Of a stretch of DNA of 42,116 nucleotides, positions 7,409 through 16,685 are shown piece by piece. Source of the stretch: a virus (taxonomy: Duplodnaviria; Caudoviricetes); IMG/VR virus record IMGVR_UViG_3300030397_000728, positions 1 through 42,116 of that record; one strand, 5' to 3'. The notes under the pieces are model-generated. The model was not told where the DNA came from and did no database searches. It was given only the letters and a program-made list of their open reading frames with translations. Position 1 is the first letter of the stretch. Each line of letters begins with the position of its first letter. The translations under genes and the position numbers were made by a program.

Positions 7409-9145
7409 ATGCCTAAAAAAGGACAAGAACATTTATCATATAGAGATAGGCCACAACAACGAATTGCTCGTGGTACTTCATTTACGAGTACTGCTAGATT
7501 TATACATAAAAACTTAGCTTCATCATCTCCCTTAGTCAAGAAGAAAATAAAGGACAAAGCTTCAGGTTCAGATGTATTCAAGAAATATCGTAGATATAAA
7601 TACGACCCTGCTGGTTTCATTGAGGACATTTTAGGATTAACGTTAACTGAGAAACAGAAAGAAATTTGTGATGCTTTAGTAGAATACAGATTTTTATTAT
7701 GTCGTTCATCTCATGCTGTAGGTAAAAGTTATTTATTAGGTGCTTTATTAGTATGGATGTTTTATTGTTGGCAACCACTTAAAGGAATAGTAACTGCTCC
7801 TACCAAAGAACACGTTACAGATGTTGCTTTTTCATATACTCGTACTTTTGTTGAAGACAGCAACTTAGATGACTTTTTTCCAGGCCCATCTGTACCTACA
7901 ATGGAAAGTAGAAAAAGTCACAGTCTTAAAGGTGTTGTAACATCAAATGCTGAAGCTATTCAGGGTAGACATTCTGCTAATGTATTTGTAGCTATTGATG
8001 AAGCTGTAGGTGTTGAATATGACATGCATGAAGCATTAGAATCACTATATATTGGTGATGAAGTCTTTGTAATAATGTTTTACAACCCTACTCGTCCAGA
8101 TTCACATATATCTACGTTAGAAGTACAAGAGGGTTGGCATACAATCACAATTTCTTGTGAAAACCATCCGAATGTAATTAAGGGAATTGAACATTTACGT
8201 GCAGGTAAAAATCCAGATAAAGATGTTCCATTTCCTGGTGCAATTACATTAAGTAGATTTGAACAACTACTGAAACAATGGTCCACTGAAATTGATAAGG
8301 ATATGTATGATGCAGAAAGAGATGTAATTCTGCCATCAACAACAATTTATGACGACCCTGAACGCTATCGTTATTTTAGGCCGGATAATCGTGCTGAATC
8401 GAGATTATTAGGTAGATGGCCTTCTGAATCATCTGATAATGTATTTAGTGAATACATAATAGATACAGCAAGAATATATAAACCAGATGAAATAACAGAT
8501 TTTTCATATGATAAAGGTACACCTATAGCTGTTGGTATTGATGTTGCAAGAAAAGGAGATGACTATTCGTGTATTGCTGTAAAAGTTGGGCCATATTATA
8601 AACTAGTAAAATTATATGGGGACCAGCGTAATACTCAACTTGCAGGTAAAGCTATTGAGATACTTAAGCAGTTAGAATTAGATTACAGTGTATCACAATA
8701 TGAAATACCTGTAGCAGTAGATGGTATCGGGCTTGGTAGTGGTGTAATTGATATACTTTGGGAACAAAATTACAATGTAATCGAGGTTCATATTCAAGAA
8801 AAAGCATATGAATCTGAACAGTATGATTGTTTAAGAAGTGAATTATGGTTTAATCTCAAAGATAATTTAATAAATGGTTCTGTATCCTTTGCTCAATTAC
8901 CTTCAGATATTTTCAAATCATTACGTAAACAATTACTAGGCCCAAGATATGACCATGATAGCAAAGGTAGACGAAAAGTAGAATCCAAAAAATTAACAAA
9001 GAAAAGAATTAAAAGAAGCCCTGATATTGCAGATGCGATATGTCTTGCAGAATTCTGTACTACTGAATATTCTGGTTGGAGTACAGCTACGGATGAAGAG
9101 GATGATGACTATGAACTTATATGGGATGATTATGAACTTATATGA
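7409..9145 (+). CDS. terL: Terminase large subunit
   Basis: Walker A SHAVGKS, Walker B VAIDEA, nuclease GIDVARKGDD and RSPDIADA. Confidence 0.95.
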   Translation: MPKKGQEHLSYRDRPQQRIARGTSFTSTARFIHKNLASSSPLVKKKIKDKASGSDVFKKYRRYKYDPAGFIEDILGLTLTEKQKEICDALVEYRFLLCRSSHAVGKSYLLGALLVWMFYCWQPLKGIVTAPTKEHVTDVAFSYTRTFVEDSNLDDFFPGPSVPTMESRKSHSLKGVVTSNAEAIQGRHSANVFVAIDEAVGVEYDMHEALESLYIGDEVFVIMFYNPTRPDSHISTLEVQEGWHTITISCENHPNVIKGIEHLRAGKNPDKDVPFPGAITLSRFEQLLKQWSTEIDKDMYDAERDVILPSTTIYDDPERYRYFRPDNRAESRLLGRWPSESSDNVFSEYIIDTARIYKPDEITDFSYDKGTPIAVGIDVARKGDDYSCIAVKVGPYYKLVKLYGDQRNTQLAGKAIEILKQLELDYSVSQYEIPVAVDGIGLGSGVIDILWEQNYNVIEVHIQEKAYESEQYDCLRSELWFNLKDNLINGSVSFAQLPSDIFKSLRKQLLGPRYDHDSKGRRKVESKKLTKKRIKRSPDIADAICLAEFCTTEYSGWSTATDEEDDDYELIWDDYELI

Positions 9146-11076
9146 ATAATTTTGTTTATGTACAAGATGGTGAAGTTGTCGAGAAAAGTGTTGGTAGTTT
9201 TTCAGATGAACTTGTAAACGGTTTCTTCAATTATACATTATCGAATTCTCAATTATTACCTGGATGGTGGCAACATAGTCGAGAAGCATTTTTACAAAAA
9301 GCTGCTATTGAGAATGATTTACTATCAATGGCTTTATGGAATTTACAAATGCTACTAGAATCTCTTCCATTTGTTATACGTCCACGTAATTCAATGATTG
9401 ATGCTCATTTTAGAATTGCTGAATTTTACGATAACATTATTAGAGATTCATTAAACAAAATGGGTTCTCAATTGATTTTAGATATGTTGGTACATGATAT
9501 GGGTGGATATGCTGTAATTGACTCTGACACATCCTGGTCACAACCTCTAACTGGTGTACCTACAGGGTTGACTCATTTGGTTTCTAGTAACATTATTATG
9601 AATGCTAGTGGTTCCAAAATACATCCGATTATCTATATTGATTCTGATAGAAATAGTATTAGAAATAGAGGTAATATTAAAATTCATGAATCACGTATAA
9701 TCAAACTAACTCAGTTACCTTTTGCAATTACTGAAGATAGTCAAGTAGGTTTATCTTTTGTATCAAGAGCATTTAATGTTGCTGAAGTTATGAGAAGTGT
9801 AAATATACACGCTCTTGAGCAATTGGGTGAATTAGAGGCTCAAAGAATTATTTGGGGTACTGATACAACTGGCAAGGAAATTAAAAGAGCATTTAGTGAA
9901 TCTCATAGAGAAGCTAGACAAACAGGTAAAATACGTACATCTGGAAATGTCTATTTAGGTATGAGAAGTAGTAATGCCAAAATAGGAATGTTAGACTTAA
10001 AGAATTTACCTAATAATTTTGATTGGGAAAAATTCACTAAGACAACATTACACTTATTAGCATTTGCTGCTGGTGTAGATGTTAATGATTTAATTTCTAT
10101 AGATGCCGCTGGAACATCTAAAAATGCTGTAGCTATTTCAGACTTAAAGAGTAAGCAAAAACTATATACATGGTATTGTAACACTCTTAAACGTCAAATT
10201 GAAGCAAAAATTTTACCCAGAGATTTAGAGTTTGTAGTTGGTAATGCAGAAAATGATATTTCAGAAGCTAAGGCTCGTACATTTACTTCGTTATCTCGTT
10301 CTAATAAGTTCTCAATTGACAGTGGTACAATTGATGAGCGTACTTCAAGAGAAATCCAATTGAGACACGGTATGCTAACTCAAGAACAAGTATTCTTCAT
10401 GGAATTAGATAATGGACGATTACCTGATGGTTTACCTGTATCTGCTGTATTCTTCAAAAAAGAGCAAGGATTACAAAAGTTCCTACCATTAGATGGCTTT
10501 GAGGAACCGTGGATGGTAGATTTACATGAACCTGAAGATATTATACCTGCTATTCAACGTAAAATATTTTCTTTACAAGGAGAAGTTATTAATGCAGAAA
10601 GCCGTACTAGACATAAACAAGCTAGAATAGCGTTAGCAGCCTATGAATGGTTATTAGGACAATATGAAGCGAAGGCATTGCTCTCACAATTCGATGAGAC
10701 GGCACAGGAGGACTCAGGAGAGGCGTTAGACAATGAAGAGGTTATAGAAGACGTTAATACAGTTACAACGTCCCCAGAGGCTCAGAAATCGGTTATATTT
10801 AGCACAACTACTCAAAAAGGTAGATTAAATAATAAAAGATTAAAAACAGAGGTTCGTAAATCATTCAAACAAAAAGAATTAGATTTAGATTCTTTATCTG
10901 GCGAACTAAGAGAAATATTAGTTGAGTGGGATGTCCATGATGATATTCTCGAAGATGTATTGGATGATTTTATAAGTATTGCCGAGCAATTACGATTTAA
11001 TGAAGTTGTTAAAAACAAAAAACTAACAAATGTATTAGATACATTTAATGAAATTATGGATGAATTAGATTTCTAA
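9142..11076 (+). CDS. Portal protein with acidic C-terminal extension
   Basis: Position after terL with ATGA overlap; size and helical composition. Confidence 0.75.
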   Translation: MNNFVYVQDGEVVEKSVGSFSDELVNGFFNYTLSNSQLLPGWWQHSREAFLQKAAIENDLLSMALWNLQMLLESLPFVIRPRNSMIDAHFRIAEFYDNIIRDSLNKMGSQLILDMLVHDMGGYAVIDSDTSWSQPLTGVPTGLTHLVSSNIIMNASGSKIHPIIYIDSDRNSIRNRGNIKIHESRIIKLTQLPFAITEDSQVGLSFVSRAFNVAEVMRSVNIHALEQLGELEAQRIIWGTDTTGKEIKRAFSESHREARQTGKIRTSGNVYLGMRSSNAKIGMLDLKNLPNNFDWEKFTKTTLHLLAFAAGVDVNDLISIDAAGTSKNAVAISDLKSKQKLYTWYCNTLKRQIEAKILPRDLEFVVGNAENDISEAKARTFTSLSRSNKFSIDSGTIDERTSREIQLRHGMLTQEQVFFMELDNGRLPDGLPVSAVFFKKEQGLQKFLPLDGFEEPWMVDLHEPEDIIPAIQRKIFSLQGEVINAESRTRHKQARIALAAYEWLLGQYEAKALLSQFDETAQEDSGEALDNEEVIEDVNTVTTSPEAQKSVIFSTTTQKGRLNNKRLKTEVRKSFKQKELDLDSLSGELREILVEWDVHDDILEDVLDDFISIAEQLRFNEVVKNKKLTNVLDTFNEIMDELDF

Positions 11077-11085
11077 TACAAAAAT

Positions 11086-11114
11086 TTGCATTTAGTTTTT
11101 TAATATGATATACT
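11086..11114 (+). promoter_or_regulatory. Sigma70-type promoter 1
   Basis: TTGCAT-17bp-TATACT with TG extension. Confidence 0.75.
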
Positions 11115-11119
11115 TGTAA

Positions 11120-11185
11120 TTGTGTTCATGGTTAGTACCTCCTAGAAATATCCCCAACACTGAAAAGTGTTGGGGATATTTTGTT
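11120..11185 (+). ncRNA. Putative anti-RBS small RNA A (about 62 nt)
   Basis: Promoter, then TGTGTTCATGGTTAGTACCTCCT (antisense to SD+AUG), then 16-bp perfect hairpin 11146-11181. Confidence 0.55.
11146..11185 (+). terminator. Intrinsic terminator hairpin
   Basis: AAATATCCCCAACACT-GAAA-AGTGTTGGGGATATTT. Confidence 0.85.
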
Positions 11186-11193
11186 ACAATAAT

Positions 11194-11222
11194 TTGATTT
11201 TAATTGAATGATATGATATACT
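11194..11222 (+). promoter_or_regulatory. Sigma70-type promoter 2 (FtsK operon)
   Basis: TTGATT-17bp-TATACT; shares ATATGATATACT with promoter 1. Confidence 0.7.
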
Positions 11223-11258
11223 AATTTCTAATATCAATTTTTAATTTCAAAAAAAGGA

Positions 11259-11666
11259 ATGTATATGAAAACACCACTTGAAGCAGCAAATGTAATTGAT
11301 TTAGGTAAAAGAGCATTATGGGCTGTAAATGTTAGATTTCAATATCAACCACCAGCCAATAATAGTAAAAAGTTTAGGCCATTTAGAGATACAAAAGCAC
11401 ATATGGAATGGACTGCTTCGGTTCTTCCAACGTTAGACCAGAGTGAATTATTTAGAATCCTTCAAGCTATTGAAAAAGGAGAAGTTTATCAACAATGGTA
11501 CGAACCTGTAAAGTATTTATGGGATTTGAAAAGAACTAATAAATTTACAGAACAAATTTTACTTGATAATGGTACTTTACAACTGTTTCTAGGAGATGAT
11601 GAAACAGAGCTTTTACCAATGAAATACGATACAGATTCAAAATTTATTTTCAATTACGAGGGTTAA
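11259..11666 (+). CDS. Hypothetical protein
   Basis: 135-aa ORF, AAGGA RBS (start may be 11265). Confidence 0.7.
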   Translation: MYMKTPLEAANVIDLGKRALWAVNVRFQYQPPANNSKKFRPFRDTKAHMEWTASVLPTLDQSELFRILQAIEKGEVYQQWYEPVKYLWDLKRTNKFTEQILLDNGTLQLFLGDDETELLPMKYDTDSKFIFNYEG

Positions 11667-11864
11667 ATGGATAACACTAAACAATTAATTGGTTTACTTT
11701 TTTCTTCAATACTATGTTTGAAACTAATGATATTTGGAATGATAATCGTAGCATTTGAAATTGGCCCAATTGGTGTAATTGTTTTATCTATAATTACAAC
11801 GTTATCTTTTGTATTCATTCTTGGAGGTTTATCCAAGAATCTTCATAAGGAGTCTAAATCATGA
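11667..11864 (+). CDS. Small 2-TM membrane protein
   Basis: Two hydrophobic helices; coupled to FtsK gene. Confidence 0.7.
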   Translation: MDNTKQLIGLLFSSILCLKLMIFGMIIVAFEIGPIGVIVLSIITTLSFVFILGGLSKNLHKESKS

Positions 11865-13306
11865 AACACAGAGTTTTATTTACTTTTTTTTATGTACTAT
11901 ATGGTGTATTAATTTTACTGACACCTACAGTATTTTACGACGGTACAATACTTGCTAACTTAATTATCAAAAGTATCATTGCATTTATTCCATTATTAAT
12001 ATATGTATTTGATGCTGAAAGAATGTTATGTTCAATATCAGAATTTATAGCATTTTTTAAGAATCCAAGCAAATCAGAAGTTGTTCATGTAATTAAGGAT
12101 AATTCAAACTTATTTCCAATTCCATGTCTATCAGTTCTTAAACACTTTAACTATAAGTTCGATTCTCCACAATCATTACGTAAAATTTCTTCTAAGATTG
12201 TCAAATTTGCAGATAATCATAAACTGAATCTTAAACCAGTTAGACAATTAAGTGGATTGAGAGTTAATTCGTTTGTATATTCCGTACATGATTTTATTCA
12301 ACAGAATAAAAATGGTACTACAAAAAAGATTCCACCTAAAGACTTAGCACTTAGTAATTTAGCCAACGAACTTAAACGTCCATTGGGTGGCGCACATGAA
12401 GTTGAATATAGTTTGGTTCCTGGTTCTGCTCATATTCAATACATAACTGCTGCTAGGAATCAAAACAAGGCAGGACTAGGTAATATTTTACGTTCGGCTG
12501 AGTATGAAAAGGTTATTCAAAGAAATAGTTTAGGGCAAGTAGTAAATTTACCTGCTGGTTTAGGTGTAGATTTGCAAGGTACTCCTTGTGCGATTGACTT
12601 AAAAAAAGGCCCACATTTCCGTTTAATTGGTTCAACTGGTAGTGGTAAGTCTGTAGCAGCCACAACAATCTTAGCATCATTATTATGTTTGTTGCCACCT
12701 GAAGAGTTTGAAGTACACATTATAGATTTGAAAATGGTTGATTTTACATTATTAGAAAGAGAATTTCCTCATGTAAAGTCATTATCATTGGACGTTGAAG
12801 CTACAGAGGAAAGATTGGATGCCATTATTGAAGAAATGAATCGACGTTATACTTTTCTCAAAAATGTAGGATTAAAAAATACTGTAGAATATAACATGAC
12901 TGTAACAAATAAAGAAGATTATATTCCTCAGATTTTATTACTTATTGATGAATATAGTGAACTTCTTGGTTCTCATCCTAAACCAGAAGAAATTACTAAG
13001 AAAATTATTCGTATTGCTCAATTAAGTAGAGCGTCTGGTATTACATTAATTCTAGGAAGTCAGCGTTTAGATAGCGGAGTAACTAATCCTTTAATTAAGA
13101 CTAATTGTCCAGGTTGTTTCGCATTGAAAACTGGTACTAATAGCGATAGTCGAGTTGCAATTGATACAGGTGGTTGTGAGAAATTACTTGGACATGGAGA
13201 TTGCCTATTAAAATTTGATGACCAGATTAAGCGTATGCAATTCTGTATGGTATCCGATGAAGAATTAAGAAGATTAGGTAAGATGTGGCGTAATTACCAA
13301 ACATAA
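11861..13306 (+). CDS. Membrane-anchored FtsK/SpoIIIE-family ATPase (TraB-like), no gamma domain
   Basis: 2 N-terminal TMs; PHFRLIGSTGSGKS, IIDLK, LLLIDE, RASGI..ILGSQR, GCEKLLGHGD. Confidence 0.92.
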   Translation: MKHRVLFTFFYVLYGVLILLTPTVFYDGTILANLIIKSIIAFIPLLIYVFDAERMLCSISEFIAFFKNPSKSEVVHVIKDNSNLFPIPCLSVLKHFNYKFDSPQSLRKISSKIVKFADNHKLNLKPVRQLSGLRVNSFVYSVHDFIQQNKNGTTKKIPPKDLALSNLANELKRPLGGAHEVEYSLVPGSAHIQYITAARNQNKAGLGNILRSAEYEKVIQRNSLGQVVNLPAGLGVDLQGTPCAIDLKKGPHFRLIGSTGSGKSVAATTILASLLCLLPPEEFEVHIIDLKMVDFTLLEREFPHVKSLSLDVEATEERLDAIIEEMNRRYTFLKNVGLKNTVEYNMTVTNKEDYIPQILLLIDEYSELLGSHPKPEEITKKIIRIAQLSRASGITLILGSQRLDSGVTNPLIKTNCPGCFALKTGTNSDSRVAIDTGGCEKLLGHGDCLLKFDDQIKRMQFCMVSDEELRRLGKMWRNYQT

Positions 13307-13307
13307 T

Positions 13308-13345
13308 AAAAAGAACACGTAGCGTAACGTTACGTGTTCTTTTTT
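13308..13345 (+). terminator. Terminator of the FtsK operon
   Basis: AAAAGAACACGTAGCG-TAA-CGTTACGTGTTCTTTTTT. Confidence 0.85.
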
Positions 13346-13378
13346 GACTTCATAAACAAAAGTATTATATGGTAATGG

Positions 13379-13440
13379 AATGAAGGTTTTTAGTGCCTCC
13401 TTTCACCTTCTAAGCGGACATCCTAATGGGTGTCCGTTTT
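13379..13440 (+). ncRNA. Putative anti-SD small RNA B (about 60 nt)
   Basis: TTGACT-18bp-TATGGT promoter; GAAGGT/ACCTTC stem with TTAGTGCCTCCTTTC loop; terminator AAGCGGACATCC-TAAT-GGGTGTCCGTTT. Confidence 0.45.
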
Positions 13441-14305
13441 ATTTTAAGTATGGTGCAAAGACACTTTCAATTGGATATTCAGAATCAAGAATTGTATGAG
13501 ATAATTCCATATGTTCTAATCCATTTAATTCACAATATTGTTCTTTAAGAGCATCTCTTTCTAATAGCCGTTCAAATGAATCAGTAGGAGTAATTCCGTC
13601 TCGTTTAGCATTACTGCGATGATAGTAATGATTAGAATCAAAATGGTGCGGCCCTTGTATCTCAACACAGAGTGATAATTCAGGAACATAAACATCAAAT
13701 CTTAGAAGGTGATTCGTCTCAGGATTAATACATCGATTACCATTAAATCCTGTCCATTCAGATATAATCTCATACCCATACTTCTCTAAAAAATCAATTA
13801 CCATCTGGTGTTGTTTACTTCTTTTAACCTTTTTATCCATCTCTTGTGCTGTAGAATCCCAACTTGATAATGCTTTTTTACAAACTGGGCAACCTTCTCC
13901 TTCAATATGTTTCTTTGCTATTACTTGAAAGGCTCCGTGACGCTTACAGTGGACTTCTAATGGCTTTGTTGACTTCTCATATACTAAATGTCTATAATCG
14001 TATTGTAGCCCGTTATACGTCGATATAGCGTGTCTAATAAATACAAACTTTTTAACAAATTGAGATGTTGGATTAAAGTTATGTCTTCTAAGAAGAGCAT
14101 TCATTGTATCGGGCCTTAAATCAAATAAATCAGCTACATCTTTTGCTGTGAAAAATTCAACTAAAATTAAATCTTGTATCAAATAAAGTTGCTCATCTTG
14201 TAAAACATATTTAGGCATTCCTCTATCTTTAACAGTTTGTAATAGCCAGAAATCAGGACTATAACCATAACGTTCCTCGATTTGTTTTCTAGTTATTTCA
14301 ATCAT
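13439..14305 (-). CDS. Vsr/DUF559-like endonuclease with Zn-ribbon (DUF723-like) and N-terminal HTH; probable homing endonuclease
   Basis: YDY..VY...HCKRHGAF...H..G.GCPVC; LRFDVYVPELSLCVEIQGPHH; RDALKEQYC. Confidence 0.8.
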   Translation of the reverse strand: MIEITRKQIEERYGYSPDFWLLQTVKDRGMPKYVLQDEQLYLIQDLILVEFFTAKDVADLFDLRPDTMNALLRRHNFNPTSQFVKKFVFIRHAISTYNGLQYDYRHLVYEKSTKPLEVHCKRHGAFQVIAKKHIEGEGCPVCKKALSSWDSTAQEMDKKVKRSKQHQMVIDFLEKYGYEIISEWTGFNGNRCINPETNHLLRFDVYVPELSLCVEIQGPHHFDSNHYYHRSNAKRDGITPTDSFERLLERDALKEQYCELNGLEHMELSHTILDSEYPIESVFAPYLK

Positions 14306-14949
14306 GATAATTTATTAACAAAACTCATTTGTAGCATTTTATTGTCTATCTGCTTCTGTTGTGTCTCTAAAATTAAATCAACGGTTTCACACATTGTTGG
14401 TATGTCTGAATCATTAATTACTGTATAATCAATTAATTCTGAATGTAAAGACATTGTATATTCACTTTCATGAATATTTTGCTGAATAGCTTTATCAATA
14501 TTTCCATACCAGTAAGGCAATGGTGGGCGCACAATATTTAGTGCAATAACGTTGGGGAAATTTTTCTTAATTTTGATAATTTCATTAGGAAATCTAACAT
14601 CTGTGAAACAAAAATCATCTTGTATATTCAACTGTGACATCGCAGAGAATATCCAGAAATCATCATTGAATTCTTTACGTATTACATCTGTACCTATTTC
14701 TTGAAGCATTAATCTTGGAGTTATTTGTCTTCCTAACAACTGACTCCAATGTTTATCAACAGTTTCTCTCCAAACTCTATCATTAACATTTTCTCCTTCA
14801 AGTTTAGAGCGTTCCCAACCAAACATAGTAGATACTACGTCTTTAAGTGGATTAGCAAAGGACATCTTTTTATAACCATATTGATTATGTAACCATCCAC
14901 CAACTGTGTCTTTACCACTACCTTTTAATCCTGTCACGAGTACAATCAT
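14302..14949 (-). CDS. Deoxynucleoside monophosphate kinase
   Basis: GLKGSGKDT, SFANPLK, PRLMLQEIGT, DVRFPNE, HESE motifs of T4 gp1-like kinases. Confidence 0.92.
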   Translation of the reverse strand: MIVLVTGLKGSGKDTVGGWLHNQYGYKKMSFANPLKDVVSTMFGWERSKLEGENVNDRVWRETVDKHWSQLLGRQITPRLMLQEIGTDVIRKEFNDDFWIFSAMSQLNIQDDFCFTDVRFPNEIIKIKKNFPNVIALNIVRPPLPYWYGNIDKAIQQNIHESEYTMSLHSELIDYTVINDSDIPTMCETVDLILETQQKQIDNKMLQMSFVNKLS

Positions 14950-15000
14950 TAGTAAACTCCTTGTTATGCTAATATTGAATTAGAATAGATACAATTTATA

Positions 15001-15037
15001 AATAAAGCCCCACCTATTAAACAGGCAGGGCTTTATT
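15001..15037. terminator. Terminator hairpin
   Basis: AATAAAGCCC...GGGCTTTATT. Confidence 0.7.
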
Positions 15038-15053
15038 GTATCCGATAGATAAA

Positions 15054-15677
15054 TTAATTGTTTGTATAGTCCAATGTCCTTGGAGTATGAGTATTCCGAA
15101 CGTCTGCTCTCATTTCTTCTGGATGGTTATTCCAATATACGATAGCTGGCCTAACCACTTCAGTTACGTAATCATCGTATAATTCGTAAGCGACTTGCTC
15201 AGTTAAATCAGGGCAAAAAGGATGTAACATTTCAACATAGAATTCTAGTGGTGTTACAGATAGACTATCAAAGAAATAATCCTGTTCAGCAGTTAAAAAA
15301 CTATTAGCTGTAGCAATGAATTCTGAATAATCAATTGGTTCAACACCTTTAGATAAAAGGTAATTACATTCTCGTTGATTTAATGAAGTGTCTGTAAAAG
15401 TAACATTTGAATCTCCAAGAGTAGTAATAAATTCAGCAGACATTGCTGGTGCAGACTCTTCAAAGTATTGTCCTTGTGCTTTAGGAGCATCTTTAATTGG
15501 AGAAATCGGTGAATATTCTGGAATCATATTAGACTTTGATGATTGTTCATATTCGGCTTGTGTTACAGTATCAGGAGTAACTAATCCAAACCAGTGTGGC
15601 CTAACTGCGAATGTACCAACAAATAAAACAAAGATTACTAGTCCAATAATCTTAAAAACATCTGTTATAAAATTCAT
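15054..15677 (-). CDS. Membrane-anchored/secreted hypothetical protein
   Basis: N-terminal TM; RBS AAGGAGG; own promoter and terminator. Confidence 0.8.
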   Translation of the reverse strand: MNFITDVFKIIGLVIFVLFVGTFAVRPHWFGLVTPDTVTQAEYEQSSKSNMIPEYSPISPIKDAPKAQGQYFEESAPAMSAEFITTLGDSNVTFTDTSLNQRECNYLLSKGVEPIDYSEFIATANSFLTAEQDYFFDSLSVTPLEFYVEMLHPFCPDLTEQVAYELYDDYVTEVVRPAIVYWNNHPEEMRADVRNTHTPRTLDYTNN

Positions 15678-15728
15678 GTTGCCTCCTTGTTAACTTGAAA
15701 TACGTGTGTTAATTTGCTTAATAGTTAT

Positions 15729-15757
15729 ATTATACTACAAATTATCTTGTAATGCAA
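15729..15757 (-). promoter_or_regulatory. Sigma70-type promoter, leftward
   Basis: TTGCAT-17bp-TATAAT. Confidence 0.75.
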
Positions 15758-15790
15758 TTTTTTGTTTGAATTTTAATTAAAGTAACGTTT

Positions 15791-15820
15791 TTGACAGCAT
15801 ATAAACCAAAATTATACAAT
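15791..15820 (+). promoter_or_regulatory. Sigma70-type promoter for head genes
   Basis: TTGACA-18bp-TACAAT, divergent from the previous promoter. Confidence 0.6.
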
Positions 15821-15862
15821 TTTCTCGAACTCTATTTATAGTTACATAAAGAGGGCTATTTA

Positions 15863-16651
15863 ATGACAAATACAAAAGAAGTGGCTCTAAAAGAACAATT
15901 AAGCGAAACCTTATTGAAGCCTGGGTTTGGCGGAATTCCTTTTGGAGTAACAAGTTTTTCAGAATTAGATGCTGTTGAAAGAACCAAAGAACATGTTGAA
16001 AAGGCAAATGAACTTTTCTTCGATTTTCTGTTATTAGCAGATAATATCATGTTTGATAGTGATAGCACTATGGAAGACCAGTTTAACAACATGTCTCAAT
16101 TATCTGATGAATTTTTGGTTCGTTTTGAACAATTAGCTTCAGATGCCAGTGCATTGGATAAAAGTTCTGGTGTTGATTTGGGTAATTCATTTAAGGCTTC
16201 AAGTGGCGCTGTAACCGTTTACAAACATAACGATAAATTGTGGTGGTCTGGGGTTCCTACCAATAAATTTATTGATGACGACGTTCCTGCTGATATTTTT
16301 AGTGAAAAAAGTCATCGTAGATTTGTAAAAGGTATAGAAGATGGTATCTTTGCATATCCAGATTTATATTTATGGCACATTCCCAAAACTATCGGTAAAT
16401 CTACATGGGTAGCTTATGATGATAGAGGATTTTTATGTGCAGGTGGTATTATTTTTCCTCAATATGAAGGATTAGTTAAGGAATTATTGCTTAATACTGA
16501 TGAGCCAATTGGAATGTCTCATGGTATTAGATTAGATACCATCAAACGTCATCCAACATTAAAACATGTGATTGATGAATATAACTCATTTGAATTTTCA
16601 TTCTTGCCTCAGAAGAATGCAGCAAATAAACTAACTTCATTCACAGTGTAA
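15863..16651 (+). CDS. Prohead (capsid maturation) protease, HK97-like
   Basis: LYLWH, GMSHG and EFSFLP..AAN motifs; precedes scaffold and capsid. Confidence 0.65.
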   Translation: MTNTKEVALKEQLSETLLKPGFGGIPFGVTSFSELDAVERTKEHVEKANELFFDFLLLADNIMFDSDSTMEDQFNNMSQLSDEFLVRFEQLASDASALDKSSGVDLGNSFKASSGAVTVYKHNDKLWWSGVPTNKFIDDDVPADIFSEKSHRRFVKGIEDGIFAYPDLYLWHIPKTIGKSTWVAYDDRGFLCAGGIIFPQYEGLVKELLLNTDEPIGMSHGIRLDTIKRHPTLKHVIDEYNSFEFSFLPQKNAANKLTSFTV

Positions 16652-16685
16652 TTCAATTAACTCTTTGGAATTAGGAGACTTGTAA

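Noticed and set aside
11100-11143. Minus-strand micro-ORF MNTITSISY with perfect AGGAGG
   Set aside because: Only 9 codons, runs into a plus-strand promoter, no minus-strand promoter seen; kept only as an alternative to the sRNA reading
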